64,000 nt of DNA from Macrostomum lignano. Lineage: Eukaryota. Shown in pieces: positions 52,301-64,000 of the stretch. The position numbers and the translations under genes were made by a program. Where the stretch lies: NCBI GenBank assembly GCA_002269645.1, contig NIVC01002814.1:62001-126000 (forward strand), in the 5' to 3' direction. Position 1 is the stretch's first letter. Every line of letters starts with the position of its first letter. The notes under the pieces were generated by a model, which worked only from the letters and a program-made list of their open reading frames with translations, was not told where the DNA came from and made no database searches.

Positions 52301-55300
52301 CCCATACTCAGGTAGAACTGCATCATTGCCATACTCAGGTAGAACTGCATCAATCTCCCATACTCAGGTAGAACTGCATCATTCTCCCATACTCAGGTAG
52401 AACTGCATCATTGCCATACTCAGGTAGAACTGCATCATTTTCCCATACTCAGGTAGAACTGCATCATTCTCCCATACTCAGGGGTAGAACTGCATCATTC
52501 TCCCATACTCAGGGGTAGAACTGCATCATTCCCCTAATAACTCAGCTAGAACTGTATCATTCTCCCATACTCAGGTAGTTATTTTCACCTTAAATACCCA
52601 AAGAGTATGAAGTTAACAAAACCAGGATGATAAAGTTACTGACAATACTGCGATAAACTTGTTGAGTATTTTCCATTGCGATTCAGTAAAACTTTATCAG
52701 CAATTTTTACTTGTAGTTTTTCAGCCAAAATAACTGATGCATGATGAAAACTCAAGTGGGCGACAGTTTCCGTACAGCAAGACTGTCTTTCTTCTTTTTT
52801 CTTTTCTCTCTCAGACAGGCCAAGCCAAAGTTAAAGTTTCTTCTGGCTTCGTAGTTTCTTCGCTAGCAACAATTTCAGCTGCTGCTGCTGCTGCTCCGAT
52901 GCTGCAAGCGAGGAACGCTTCCGTATGGTAGGAGGCAGGCATGGGTGAAACTGCTCGCCCCCCCCCCATTTCTCGCCATCGCGTTCACTCACTGCGGCTT
53001 TGAATAATTCATGGAAACCCAACAGGTATAGAGCGCCGGCGATGGCAGCCAGGCTTAAGCTGTCGTGTGTGAACGCACGGAGGCGGCTGTGAAACTCCAT
53101 CTGTCTTAGGCGCTTCCTCTTCCGGGCATGAAAGCGCGCGCGTGTGTTAAAGAAAAAAATCTTACTACGAAGCCAGAGAACTGCAAGGCAGCTATGAGAT
53201 GAAGCAACAATAGCACTATAAGCAGTACTATAGTTATCAAGCACCTTAAATACTGCTGCCATTCGAGCTGGTACGAGAGACTTCTTTGCCAATATTTACG
53301 CATCAGATCGTTTGTATAAATTTTGCATGGGACCAGAATTCGCTACTATCTTTCTAAACCTATAGCTTTTTCTGATGAAAGGTACCACTTTTCATCATTT
53401 AAAACTTTCATTATGAATAAGGCGGTAAACAATCTACCGTGTGTACTGCGATGATTTGGACATATTCAGTGAGGTCATATTCAGAGTGGAAATACCTGGG
53501 ATGCTTCTAAGAAAATAAGTTGGCCTTGGAACAGTAAAGCACAGACAACTCCATCTCTATTGTAAACAACCATAGTTGAAAGCATAATGGTTCTTTACGC
53601 CTCTGAGGCCTGGGGAGGCTTTCGTTTCCTGGAACCTGGGACCGAAGTCTAATTGAGAGGATCTATTTCCGATATCTTGTGCAGGCAACTCTAAAAGTTT
53701 GCCAAGATACTGAGAGTGATGGAGCAGCCCGCCTGGCGCTCAGTCGGAGACTCAGTTTACGGTGAGATTGGGATTGCAGCTAAAAATGAATAGAAAAATA
53801 ATGCAAGACTGTCAACATGGACGAAGTAGCAAAATCAATCAGATAACAAAAACAAGTTAACTACAGCTCCAAATGGTACTACTTAACTGAAAAGTATACT
53901 CTAGAAATTTCCTATCTAAAATTGAATCTCACCCCAGATAAACGAATCTCACCCCTGATAGACGAATCTCACCCCAGATGGACGAATCTCACTCCAGATG
54001 GACGAATCTCACCCCAGATAGACGAATCTCACCCCAGATGGAAGAATTTCACCCCAGATGGAAGAATCTCACCCCAGATAAACGAATCTCACCACGAATT
54101 TCACCCCAGATGGAAGAATCTCACCCCAGATAAACGAATCTCACCACGAATCGCACCCCAGATGGACGAATCTCACCCCAGAGGGAAGAATGAAGAATTT
54201 AACCCCAGATGGAAGAAGGGTAGCGGCTAAAAGACGTGTTTGGGTTTTACAAACACACTGGTAGCTAACCAAGATGAAAATCTATGGTCTATGGTCAGAA
54301 TTGCCAGTCGTGCTGACCCAAAACCGGTTTTATAAAGCTATCAGACGGCTAGTTGGTATAGATATTTTACCAACTAACCGCTATCCAAGTCTGACATGGA
54401 TTTTTTACACATACATGGGCTGCTAAACGCAGAAAAACAGCGATCTCCGCGTGTTTTTTGGAAAGGAGGAACTTTCTTGTCAACGCGAATTTTGAACAAC
54501 GCTTTCGGGTAAATCCAACCATCTAAAAAGCTTCTGAGTGTCAATTCGTTCGGAAAGTCACGAGGGTTGTGAATGAACGGAGTAGCTGACATGGATTAGG
54601 GTGTTTATAAAATTGGCCCCCAGATGATTTTTTTTAACTTGTCCTTTTAGCCGTTGACATATGTATGCAAATGGGACAAAGAAGCGAAATAAATATAGTC
54701 TATGGCACAACTTGTCTAACCCCGGATTGTAACAGCGGATAAACAGAAAAGGATTTTAGCAGTGGTTTATAAAATCGAGTTTTCTTAAACCCAGCGAACG
54801 CTCTATCTTGGCCCTCCTCGATTTTTGCAAGGCTTTTGACAAAGTTTGGCGGGAACGCCTCATCACCATCATGGCCAAGAAAGCCGTCCCCCTCATTTTC
54901 ATCAAATGGACGGCCGCCTTCCTCTGCCACCGCATAGCCAGAGTGCAAATGCACGGTTCGCTCAGCTCCCCCGTCATCTTACGCCAAGGCCTACCTCAAG
55001 GGTCGGTCATGGCCCCTTTTCTGTTTATCCTCTTTATTGACACCGTCAACGACGCCGTCAGCCCTCCCGCGGAGCTCTCAATGTACGCCGACGATATCGC
55101 CCTCCTCGCGCGCCATCGCGCCAAGCTGGTCGCCCAAGGTCTTGTCCAATCCGCGCTGGACCAAGTCGCCCGCTGGAGCACCAACAACAAAATGGTGCTA
55201 AACCCCGTCAAGAGCGAATCTGCCTTCTTCTCCTCGGACCCCAGCGAAGCCTCCTGGTCTCCTCTTCTGCGCATCGCCGACAAGCCCCTGTGGCACAACC

Positions 55301-58300
55301 CCTCCCCACGCCTGCTCGGCCTCACGCTGGACCGCACGTTGAGCTTCCGTGGTCATCTGGAGTCTGTCTGTAATCGCACTACCTCTCGCTGCCGGATGCT
55401 TGCCTGTCTCGCATCCAAGGATTGGGGATGGAGCAAGAAACTCATGCTTCGCATCTATAAGGCCATGCAACTCAGCATCATCAATTTTGTGGCCCCAACC
55501 TGACACCCCTGGCTTTCGGACTCTGCCTTTAGCCAGCTCGAGAGAGCTCAGAACGCCGCCCTCCGCATCGTCACTGGCCAACACCGCACGACTCCTGTCG
55601 AGGCCCTCAGGCTGGAAGCCGGCATTTGCTCCGTTCGCACCGGAAGCAACGCCATCTGCCTCGCCGCTTTTGAAAGGGCGCTCCGCCTTCCGGCCTCCCA
55701 CCCGTGCCACATCGTGGCCTCAGGCTCCACGCCACACCGCCTCCGCAGAAGCAGCTGGCGTCACCAAGCGTGCACGCAGCTGCCTCAGGTCGTTGCCTTC
55801 ACCTCTCCGCGCGCCCCTATCTGCATGACGCGCCCGGCCCCGTGGGACGCGCCCCATGGTTTATCAATGACGTCCGCATTAACATGGACCTGCCTGAATT
55901 TGGCCCAGCTCGCACGACTACAGCCATCAGTTGTATCCGCTCGCTGCCAGGCCCGCTCATCATCTACTTTGACGGCTCGGCTGCCGGCGGCACATCCTGC
56001 GGCGGCGCCGCGGCGGTCATCACCGTCGGCGACCCCGAGAATCCGACCGTCCTGGACACCCTCCGTCAACGCGGCGCTCCTTCCACTTCTTCTTTTGAGG
56101 AGGAGGTCCTTGCCGCTGCTCTCGCCATCAGCTGGATCAATCAATCCGTCATCACGGGTGCCATCTGCATCTGCACGGACAGCCAGGCCCTCCTCCGCGC
56201 GCTCACCACCGGCAGCCCCGCTATCAGAGCCCAGCTTCCATCCCCTAGTGTCGACATCTCCTGGCAATGGGTCCCTGGACACCAAAGCATCCCCGGCAAC
56301 GAGCTCGCCGACCTCGCCGCCAAGGAGGCCACCTCGTTGGACCTCCCCCTTGCCCTATCAGCCTGCGTAGCGCCAAAAACGCCATCTTCCGTACCTTCCA
56401 AGACCCGCCGATCAGTCACGACCGAACCCGTCACACTTACAGCCAGCTCAACCGCCAACTGGAAGATGGCCTTATCACTGACCGCGCCGACGCCATGCTC
56501 CTCGCCCGCATCCGCTCGGGCCACTGTCTCCTTTTCCGCGCCTACCGCAGCGTCATCGACCCGTCGGTCGACCCTACGTGCGTCCGCTGCGGCCACCAAT
56601 GCGACGACCTGGAGCAATGGCTGGACTGCCCTGCTCTAGCCGGCGCCAGGCTCCGCTTCCTCGGAGGACACACCATTGAACTCAGCAGCATCTCTGCCGA
56701 TCCCCTCGGCCTGGTTGCGCTGGCCAAGCACTGCCTCTAGCTGTGCTTGGGCGCTTCCCACCACACACACACACACACGCAGCAGCAGTGGCGGCGAGTG
56801 ATTTTCACAGATGAGAGCCGCTTTCGATTGTTCCGTGCCGACGGCCGCATTCGCGTGTGGCGCCAGCCGCGCCAGGAGATGCTGCCTGGTTCTGGGGATG
56901 CCCCGGAGAGTGAGCGCTCTGCTGCACGCACGTGGCTACTATACGCGTTACTGACTCTGTTTTGGGCAAGTTGTCACCCATGCTCGCGTACTTTGTTTCT
57001 TTGCTGTTCCTTTGCTTCGTTTGAATCCGGATTATATATTTGTCTATGGCTCAAACCACGAATATCTCCACCCACCAAAACGTTGACCCTTCGCGCGCTA
57101 GGGTGGAAACTTTTCAATGTTGCTGAGTGTACATGTAGCGCATTTGGCCATGCGGCAGATTTTGTCTGCATTGCCTCCCCAGCTTAGTAAGTCTTAATAA
57201 AGAGATTTACCCGATCAAACGTTTTGATAGTAACTGCATATCAAATGCATTTTTGGGGGGGGGGTATTGCAGAAAGAATCTAGCTGCCGAATGCGCTGCA
57301 GGAAAAAAGCATTGCGGGCAAACCTCGGCGGGCGATTCGCTCGCGGGCAATTTACTCGCGGGCAAAATGCACTGCGGGCAAATCTTGGCGGGCAATTCTC
57401 GGCGGGCAATTCTCGGCGGGCAAATCTCATGGACCCGAAGTTCACTTCCTGTTTAATTGTAGTTGGAAGGAACTTCTATAGTATAGTGCTACCCGCGATA
57501 AATTTGAACAAGAAAACTTCTGAATAATTTTTGAAGTTTATAAGCCTTCCCGTAGTGAAGAGGAGAAATTATTTTACCTAATGACTCAAGACGATAGGGC
57601 CATAATAGAAATTCTTGCAAAATTCATCAAATATACTCGTACATGAAACAAGCCGAAATTCAACTGTCCTGGGGCTCCGAAAATAATAACCTAGAGCCAA
57701 CTCTCGAATACTTTGTTTGCGTTCGAGAATTTATTTTAACCTACGTTAAAATTTTGGAGAATTTTCTTTGACTAGGTTTTTTACTTGTATTTCTATTTTT
57801 CTATCCAACGCCATTATGTATGCTCAGAAGTCAGCAAAATCTGGACTAGCAGAAGCGCGCAACGAAAATGGTAAACGTTGACAAAAGCGAGGAGGCTAAC
57901 GACGCCGCCAAAGTCAACAATACGCTCGTAGCTCATCATCGCAAAGTATTCGATTATATCAATTCCCTGAAGCACCTTGACAGGGTCGACGCAGCAGGCG
58001 TCTTCTTTGACAATACGTTGACGTCTTCATTTCAAAACCAACACGATGGCGATGTGAACAAGCCCCGAGTGTTTGTGATTTGCGTTTGACTCAGGATGTC
58101 ACACTTGAACCAATCTTGCTGTCATTTCCGCCCAGGACCCTACCAACAATACGCTTGTAAAGCATAAAAGCAGCGTCATGTAAAAGATAAAAGAAACGTC
58201 ATGTAAAACATACAAGAAGTAGCTCGTATAATGTCAAACATAAACGAGACACCATGTAAAACAAAAAAGAAGCGTCATTCAAACATCAAAACAAGTGTAA

Positions 58301-60188
58301 TGAAACATAAGGAGATGCCCAGGCTTGGAGGAATTGCTAAGATGTCAAGGCTTACAGGGGGAATAGAATTGCTAAGATGTAAATGCAAATAGGATGCACA
58401 ATAATCGTCCCTCCGCTTATTGGCCGCCACAAAGTGGGGCACAAGATTGCTAGTAGCTACGACCTAACTAAAATTAGCACAGTCATTTTTTCATGTTTTA
58501 AACCTGTTAATTAAGCTTTGACCCAACCAATTCACGATTTCAATCTATTGTAATTTGACCCAGGTGCATTTGGTCACTTGAATCGATTGAAAACAAGAGA
58601 TCATGTTTTATGTCTTTGTTGCATCCTGGAAAATGAGATACTATTCATGCCAAGCTTTGAAATAGAAAACATTCAAAACATTTAACAACCTTCCTCTCTG
58701 TCTTTATTAGTGCTAGAAAACTACGAAATTGAAACTCAGATTTTGTTAAAAACTTGCCTAGCTAAAGGGACTCAGGCAGGTAGTTGACATAAAAAGTTTC
58801 GATTACTTTTAAGGGCTGGCTGGCTGTGCAAAAAGTTTGCAGTAAAATTTTCGTCATTTTTGCTTCATTCAATCGAGCTTTGTTTAATGATTTTGGTTGC
58901 TAAGGATAAACTTTTCAACAGAAAAACTAAAAAACTCACTTTTAGTCGGTGCAGAAAAATGTGAAAAATCAATGACACTCAAATCTGTTGCATAGGAAAT
59001 GCGTTCAAAACGACGGAAAACAAAACATATTGCCCCGGAACAAGCATTGACAATGGCATTCAATTGCAATAGAGTCACCATGGATTTTTGGACCTCGACA
59101 TACTGGTTTTGTATGGATTTTCGGACCTTGGCCGTTGACAATCACTAACTTATCTACTCATTAACTAGAAAATACATTCCATTATTCTCACCCTTGATGT
59201 AGGAGACCCTCGGCAATTTCTGCAGAGTTGCGGCAGCCTGCGTAATCAGTGCCAAAATTGACAGCAGGCCCAGGGATATTCTGGCCGGCACAGCCTGATA
59301 GTCGATCCAGAAGGACACCCACGACAGCATCACCACAAGTATAGATGGCAGATACGTGTAGATCAAATAGAAGCCAAACTTCCTAACCAGATGAAACTCC
59401 AGATAGAGGCAGGCAAATCTGCCAGTACTATTATAGGCTTTCATGCAAGCTCCGTGTCTTAAACGTGGAAATTCAAACTCGTTGACTTGCATCTTGCGGT
59501 TTAGTTCCACTTGTTGGTCTTCATTCCAGACGAGCTCCAGTTGGTCTAGCGAGTAGCCATAGCTGCCCATCTCAACTCGGCACACCTGACTGTCCATCGG
59601 AAAGTTCCACAGCGTCATTGGGCAGTCGAGCTTCACAGACAGCTTCTGACTGAATAGGACGCTGCCCCAGTCTGGATAGACCCACAAGAGCAGGTTAGGC
59701 GTAGTGATAGTGTGCAGCCTGCCTTCCTTGGCGTTGCGGAAGAACAGATCAGGAATCCAGAGCCTGTCGCGCATGTAGTTCAATGAGAGCACCTCTTTGT
59801 CACTCGTAGAGGTGAATCGAAGTCTAGGATCGGTCCATCGCTGTCGGAGGAACATATCAACAGAATAGTCCATGTCGACTACGCTCACAGAGCTGATACT
59901 GTTCACAAAAATGTTGATCCGTACAATTGTAGCCGTAGATGAAGCTACTTTGGTACCGTCGCGACAATTCGGCGGTCGATGATGCTTCTCGTAGCCGGCT
60001 AATAAGCGAGCTACGAACTCCGCTTCAGAGCTGGTGTTGGCAGCCCTGATTACGGGGGGCAGGCTGTCGCACCAACTTGAGTTGGGCTTGTTATTACCAC
60101 CTGAATCAGCGGATACCGATGCAACTGCTAAACAAACGACTGTGATAAATGTAACAAGTAACATTGTTGCAGAATTTGCTGCTAGCAT
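49306..60188 (-). CDS. Anion-selective Cys-loop ligand-gated ion channel subunit (GluCl/glycine receptor-like, ~563 aa)
   Basis: Exon 60188-59192 (donor G|gtgaga) joins exon 50000-49306 (gcag|CCATCG) to give VSYIK-A-IDVW. Signal peptide, Cys-loop CPMTLWNFPMDSQVC, a second loop-C disulfide (C-MKAYNSTGRFA-C), PAR anion-selectivity motif, and M4 LDRVSIFLFPFSFAAFNAAYW. Confidence 0.95.
50400..50569 (-). mobile_element. tRNA-derived SINE (MIR/CORE/V-like), internally deleted head
   Basis: The minus strand reads ggcgttgtagcctagtggttagggcg (A-box-like), then gtgtccttgagcaagacacttaac and cccagctgtaaatgggtgcc, conserved SINE body motifs. Confidence 0.65.
51705..52575. repeat. 29-bp minisatellite in the channel intron
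   Basis: Unit catcattctaccatactcaggtagaactg. Confidence 0.97.
53440..53615 (+). mobile_element. Highly decayed LINE reverse transcriptase fragment
   Basis: Ordered motifs across frames: VYCDDL (YADD-like), EWKYLGC and TIVESIMVLYASEAW. Confidence 0.55.
53922..54215. repeat. 21-bp minisatellite
   Basis: Unit atggacgaatctcaccccag(a). Confidence 0.93.
54790..56778 (+). mobile_element. 5'-truncated non-LTR retrotransposon with RT, RNase H and C-terminal Zn motif (I/Ingi-group like), disrupted
   Basis: LLDFCKAFDKV, GLPQGSVMAPFLF and MYADDIALL (RT). In-frame TGA at 55501-55503 and frameshifts. YFDGSA...EEE...CTDSQA...WVPGHQSIPGNELADLAAK (RNase H). LARIRSGH...CVRCGHQCDDLEQWLDCP. Ends in a (CA)n tail. 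Confidence 0.93.
56782..56875 (+). mobile_element. Tc1 transposase fragment (start of DDE domain)
   Basis: QQWRRVIFTDESRFRLFRADGRIRVWRQPRQE, the canonical W..V.FSDESKF motif. Confidence 0.8.
57290..57432. repeat. Clustered gcgggcaa motif repeats (probable DNA-transposon subterminal repeats)
   Basis: About eight (g/c)gcgggcaa-type copies spaced 13-21 bp apart. Confidence 0.6.
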
Positions 60189-60874
60189 TTACCTCGGTGT
60201 CTTTCTTTGCAAAGAGAATTCGATGTAGAAAAGACAACCGATTTCTGAATCCTTTTTAGCTCTGCTTCTACTTGAACAGAAAACTTTTTAGTCCAAAGAG
60301 AACGGAGGACAAAGGCGAGAAAATGGAGACACGGGACCATCTGCCAATCAGAGGGCGCGATTCCCAGAACTACCAACTAGCAGGACTTTGAGTCTCAATA
60401 AGCCTCGCAATTTTTCTCAGAAGGCAAATTCTATTTCAAATCCTATATCCTACACACTCTTTTTAATTCGTTTCTAACCCTGTGGATTCCAGGCAGGCTT
60501 TGCAGCTAAGCGCAAAGAGTTCAATCATTCAATTCTACGACTACATTTCACTCAATTCTCTCCACTACAACGTTCAAATCTGCCCAATCCAATACTGACT
60601 GACCCCGGAGCTGGGAGCCGTCGGGTCTGCTAATCCAAGTTTCCGCATTTCGATTTCCGGCCCAATACGAGAGAAAAGGAGTGCAATGCTTGCCTGCCCG
60701 AAGATAGATCGCTGTTTAACTTTTGCTTTTGCTACCCACTATGAAACATTCAAATTATACGCTGTGTACATTGAGAGTAATAAAGGTTCGTGCCAATCAT
60801 CGAAAATCGTTAAATTAAATAGAAATTACTTAGTACGAGATAGATAAATCATGTAGATCGAAAGACCCAACCGA

Positions 60875-61625
60875 CCCTAAAGAGTGGTTTGCAGACCCCA
60901 CAAGGCTTAAAAAGCGGGTTGCAGACCCTACAGAGCCTGAAGAGTGGGTTGCAGACCCTACAGAGCCTGAAGAGTGGGTTGCAGACCCTATAGAGTCTGA
61001 AGAGTGGGTTGCAGACCCTACAAAGCTTAAAGAGCGGGTTGCAGACCTTACGAAGCCTGAAGAGTGGGTTGCAGACCCTACAGAGTCTGAAGAGCGGGTT
61101 GCAGACCCTACAAAGCCTAAAGAGCGGGTTGCAGACCCTACAAAGCCTGAAGAGTGGGTTGCAGACCCTACAGAGCCTGAAGAGTGGGTTGCAGACCCTA
61201 CAGAGCCTGAAGAGTGGGTTGCAGACCCTATAGAGTCTGAAGAGTGGGTTGCAGACCCTACAAAGCTTAAAGAGCGGGTTGCAGACCTTACGAAGCCTGA
61301 AGAGTGGGTTGCAGACCCTACAAAGCTTAAAGAGCGGGTTGCAGACCTTACGAAGCCTGAAGAGTGGGTTGCAGACCCTACAGAGCCTGAAGAGTGGGTT
61401 GCAGACCCTACAGAGTCTGAAGAGCGGGTTGCAGACCCTACAAAGCCTAAAGAGCGGGTTGCAGACCCTACAAAGCCTGAAGAGTGGGTTGCAGACTTTA
61501 CAGAGTCTGAAGAGCGGGTTGCAGACCCAACAGTCTGAAGAGTGGGTTGCAGACCCTACAGAGTCTGAAGAGTGGGTTACAGACCCAACAAAGACTGAAG
61601 AGTGGGTTGCAGACCCTAACAGAGT
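60875..61625. repeat. 30-bp minisatellite between the channel gene and MRNIP
   Basis: Unit gagtgggttgcagaccctacagagcctgaa. Confidence 0.96.
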
Positions 61626-61945
61626 CTAAAGAAAGGGCTGCAGATACTGAAGAGTGGATTGCAGAGCCTACAGATGCAAATCCGATGTTGCGGAATCAGA
61701 GCTTAAGGAACAGATTATAGACTCTCAAGGAGTGTTATTTTTCGAATTTTTTGAACAGCTTAAATAAATCATCTAAAGTGTGACTATTTTTTACAAGAAA
61801 CTGCTTGTCTTGAATTTGAAACAAATTGATGAGCAATTACCTGTAATATATTTATTGAAAAAGCGCCACTGATTATACTACTACTACTAAAAATACTACT
61901 AATGACAGAATGTTCAGGAAAAGAAGATTAAAAAGTCCATTTTTT

Positions 61946-62260
61946 TCACAGAAAAACATTCCAATCAATTTTCGAATCCTGTTGCGGCTTCTCCGATTGC
62001 TGCTGCTGACTCTGAGCTTCATCAGTGTGAGCATAATCAGCCTCCTCCTGAGCAGCTGCCTGTTCAGCCTCTCCTCTGCGCATGTTAAACGATTGAGCAG
62101 CCTCGCGACAAGCCTTCGCCACGCCCTGAGCATAGACTCGCAAATAGGACTGCTTGAGTCCGCACAGACTGCACTGCCAACGCTTGGCGGCTGCCTGTTT
62201 GCACTGGTGCACCTGGAAAGCGCTACACTGCACACAGCGGAGCACCTGGTATTCCGGCAT
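61946..62260 (-). CDS. MRNIP: MRN complex-interacting protein (zinc-ribbon), 104 aa, single exon
   Basis: YQVLRCVQCSAFQVHQ...KRWQCSLCGLKQSYLRVYAQG.AKACREAAQSFNMRRG matches the MRNIP N-terminal CxxC..FQxHQ..W.CxxCGxKQS pattern. C-terminus SKIDWNVFL. Confidence 0.88.
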   Translation of the reverse strand: MPEYQVLRCVQCSAFQVHQCKQAAAKRWQCSLCGLKQSYLRVYAQGVAKACREAAQSFNMRRGEAEQAAAQEEADYAHTDEAQSQQQQSEKPQQDSKIDWNVFL

Positions 62261-62431
62261 TGTTTGGAAGTGGAAAAAATTGCTGCAATTTCAATATCAA
62301 CTGCGTTATAAGAGTTATTCAAGATTGGGTAATTTTAACTAGCAGTGTAGTAAAGTTTTCATAGCGTTTAGAAATACATATTTTACCTAAGGCAATTTCC
62401 CTCAGTGCTGGCTAGAAGGGAGTTCTTTAGA

Positions 62432-62510
62432 CCAAGTGTAGGTAAACTATGGCCCGCGAAGCCTCCCCCCCCTCTATCTGGCTCTTGAATCCTTTGAATC
62501 CGGCCTGCTC
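62432..62510 (+). mobile_element. Possible hAT-type MITE left-end remnant
   Basis: caagtgtaggtaaactatggcccgcg...atccggcc resembles the CAG..gtgggcaaact.cggcccgcgggcc..atccggccc ends of hAT MITEs. Confidence 0.3.
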
Positions 62511-64000
62511 AAGCTTTTGTGTCTCTTTTTAGCTCTCTTACTTCCTCTCTGCACTCTTCTCTCTTCATCTATTCTCATTCCATATCTCATAATATCTCTC
62601 TCATCTTTTTTCACTTCTTTCATCTCTCAGCTATTCATTCTCTTTTCCTCTCTCATCTGACCCGAAGACATGAGCTGGTATCTTTATTTGGCCCTTCAAG
62701 CAAAAAAGTTTGCCAATCGTTGCTTTAGACAATATTTGAACCTTCTTATTTTTCTGAGAGGCAAAACTTGCTATGTATTGTAACTAAATAAGATTTCTGG
62801 GCTATAATTCATTCTAATTGAGCCAAACTAAATTCTTTTCTGCAACTTTGCAGTGGTGGTAGCGACCTACTACTAGAAGTAACTTACTTATGCAAATACA
62901 AGAAATCTAGAAAACAGTAATGTATTCAAAAAAATCTTAAATCTCCTTATTTGCAAGTGTATGTCTAGTCTGCAAGCCATTCTAATAGACAGCATCAAAA
63001 TCACAACTATTTTCCCCTGAGCCTGGAGTCTTTTTATTTGAGTGTCAGTGCTTAAATTGGTTCAATCTTCCTACAAATTTGGCAACAAATTTTAACTGTG
63101 GAAGATTGGAAGATTTAAATTGGGGAAGAACCCTCAAAGCCAAAGGGGGTAAGGGGGAGGGCCATCAAAGCCATTGGCAAGGGGGCAAGGCTATCAAAAC
63201 CAAGGGGGTAGAGGGCAGGGCCCTCAAAGCTACTAGCAGGGCTTTTATAATAATTATCATTGAGTTTATGAAGCATTTATGATAGTCTTCTATATATCAC
63301 TATATATATCATTAAAACAAATAAATTTTCAATCTAGAAATAAATGCATTAAAATTTATATTATATCATACTCACAAAGTCTTATACTAGTTATAATACT
63401 ATTTAGACAATTAAAAATTATTACATTATTTAAATTTGGCTATTCTTTGGCTAGCCAAAAAGTTAGTAGCTCATAATTTAATTTCATTGGCATGAAATAA
63501 ATGTTATTGGGCCAAATGTATTGACCTTGAATTTTTAAAAAATTAAAATTAAAAAATTAAAAAATTAAAATTTTTTTAAAACTTCAAGTATACCAGGTAG
63601 AATCAAGCTAGAGCCTCAGCCTACTAAACTAAACAAGATATCATTATAAAACAATCCTTAATCCAAACACCCAATTCATATTTCTTAGAAAATATGTTTG
63701 TCACATAGAGACTGAGATAAAACCAGTTTAAAACATATAATTAAGCTTAATAAGGCTATAAAGATCAGTTGTTGCCAGTATTTTCACTGCCAGCTAATCA
63801 GCTTAAGACCTTTTAAGTTATGATTAAAATACAAAAGGTATGAACTAATGAACTGCACTTTTTCATTGCCATTTTAATTGGATAGGATGTAATTTCTACA
63901 AGTATGCCATATGGGGTTTGCAAATTGTAAATGGATACAATCAGATATAAAAAGTAATATCATGACATAATTCAATAGTGTTCTTAAGAAAACAAACATT

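Noticed and set aside
52831-53292. 153-aa minus-strand ORF inside the channel intron as a nested gene or extra exon
   Set aside because: No recognisable motif, and the channel splices cleanly without it. It cannot be excluded without RNA data.
46545-56875. Two co-oriented Tc1 fragments (HTH at 46.5 kb, DDE at 56.8 kb) as one element split by insertions
   Set aside because: The intervening 10 kb includes the intact last exon of the channel gene, so a single nested element is implausible; they are treated as independent remnants.

Overview
This is eukaryotic, intron-containing, animal-type genomic DNA. No prokaryotic operons, rRNA genes, intact tRNA genes or CRISPR arrays are visible. The compact GT-AG genes, CAG-rich exons, minisatellite-filled introns and a flatworm-type anion channel suggest a free-living flatworm such as Macrostomum, but that is inference. 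Six spliced or single-exon genes could be assigned to families by hand: a secreted phospholipase B1-like SGNH lipase (-, 9 exons), a PP1 glycogen-targeting subunit (RVxF + CBM21, +), a SERINC (+, 4 exons), a FAM78-like gene (+, 2 exons), a GluCl/GlyR-type Cys-loop chloride channel (-, 2 exons) and MRNIP (-). There is also an orphan Q/P-rich ORF. The least explained part is 28.3-43.2 kb, where three diverged segmental copies each end in a ~140-160 aa ORF with an LHDGWExNxxLxxLL motif that I cannot assign to a family. The copies share leader-type splice signals but carry different satellites and MITEs. The rest is transposon debris (MULE, an RNase H-bearing LINE, other LINE and Tc1 fragments, a SINE, and 8-bp-TSD MITEs including a 26-bp palindromic mini-element) plus about 20 unrelated tandem arrays, many inside introns.
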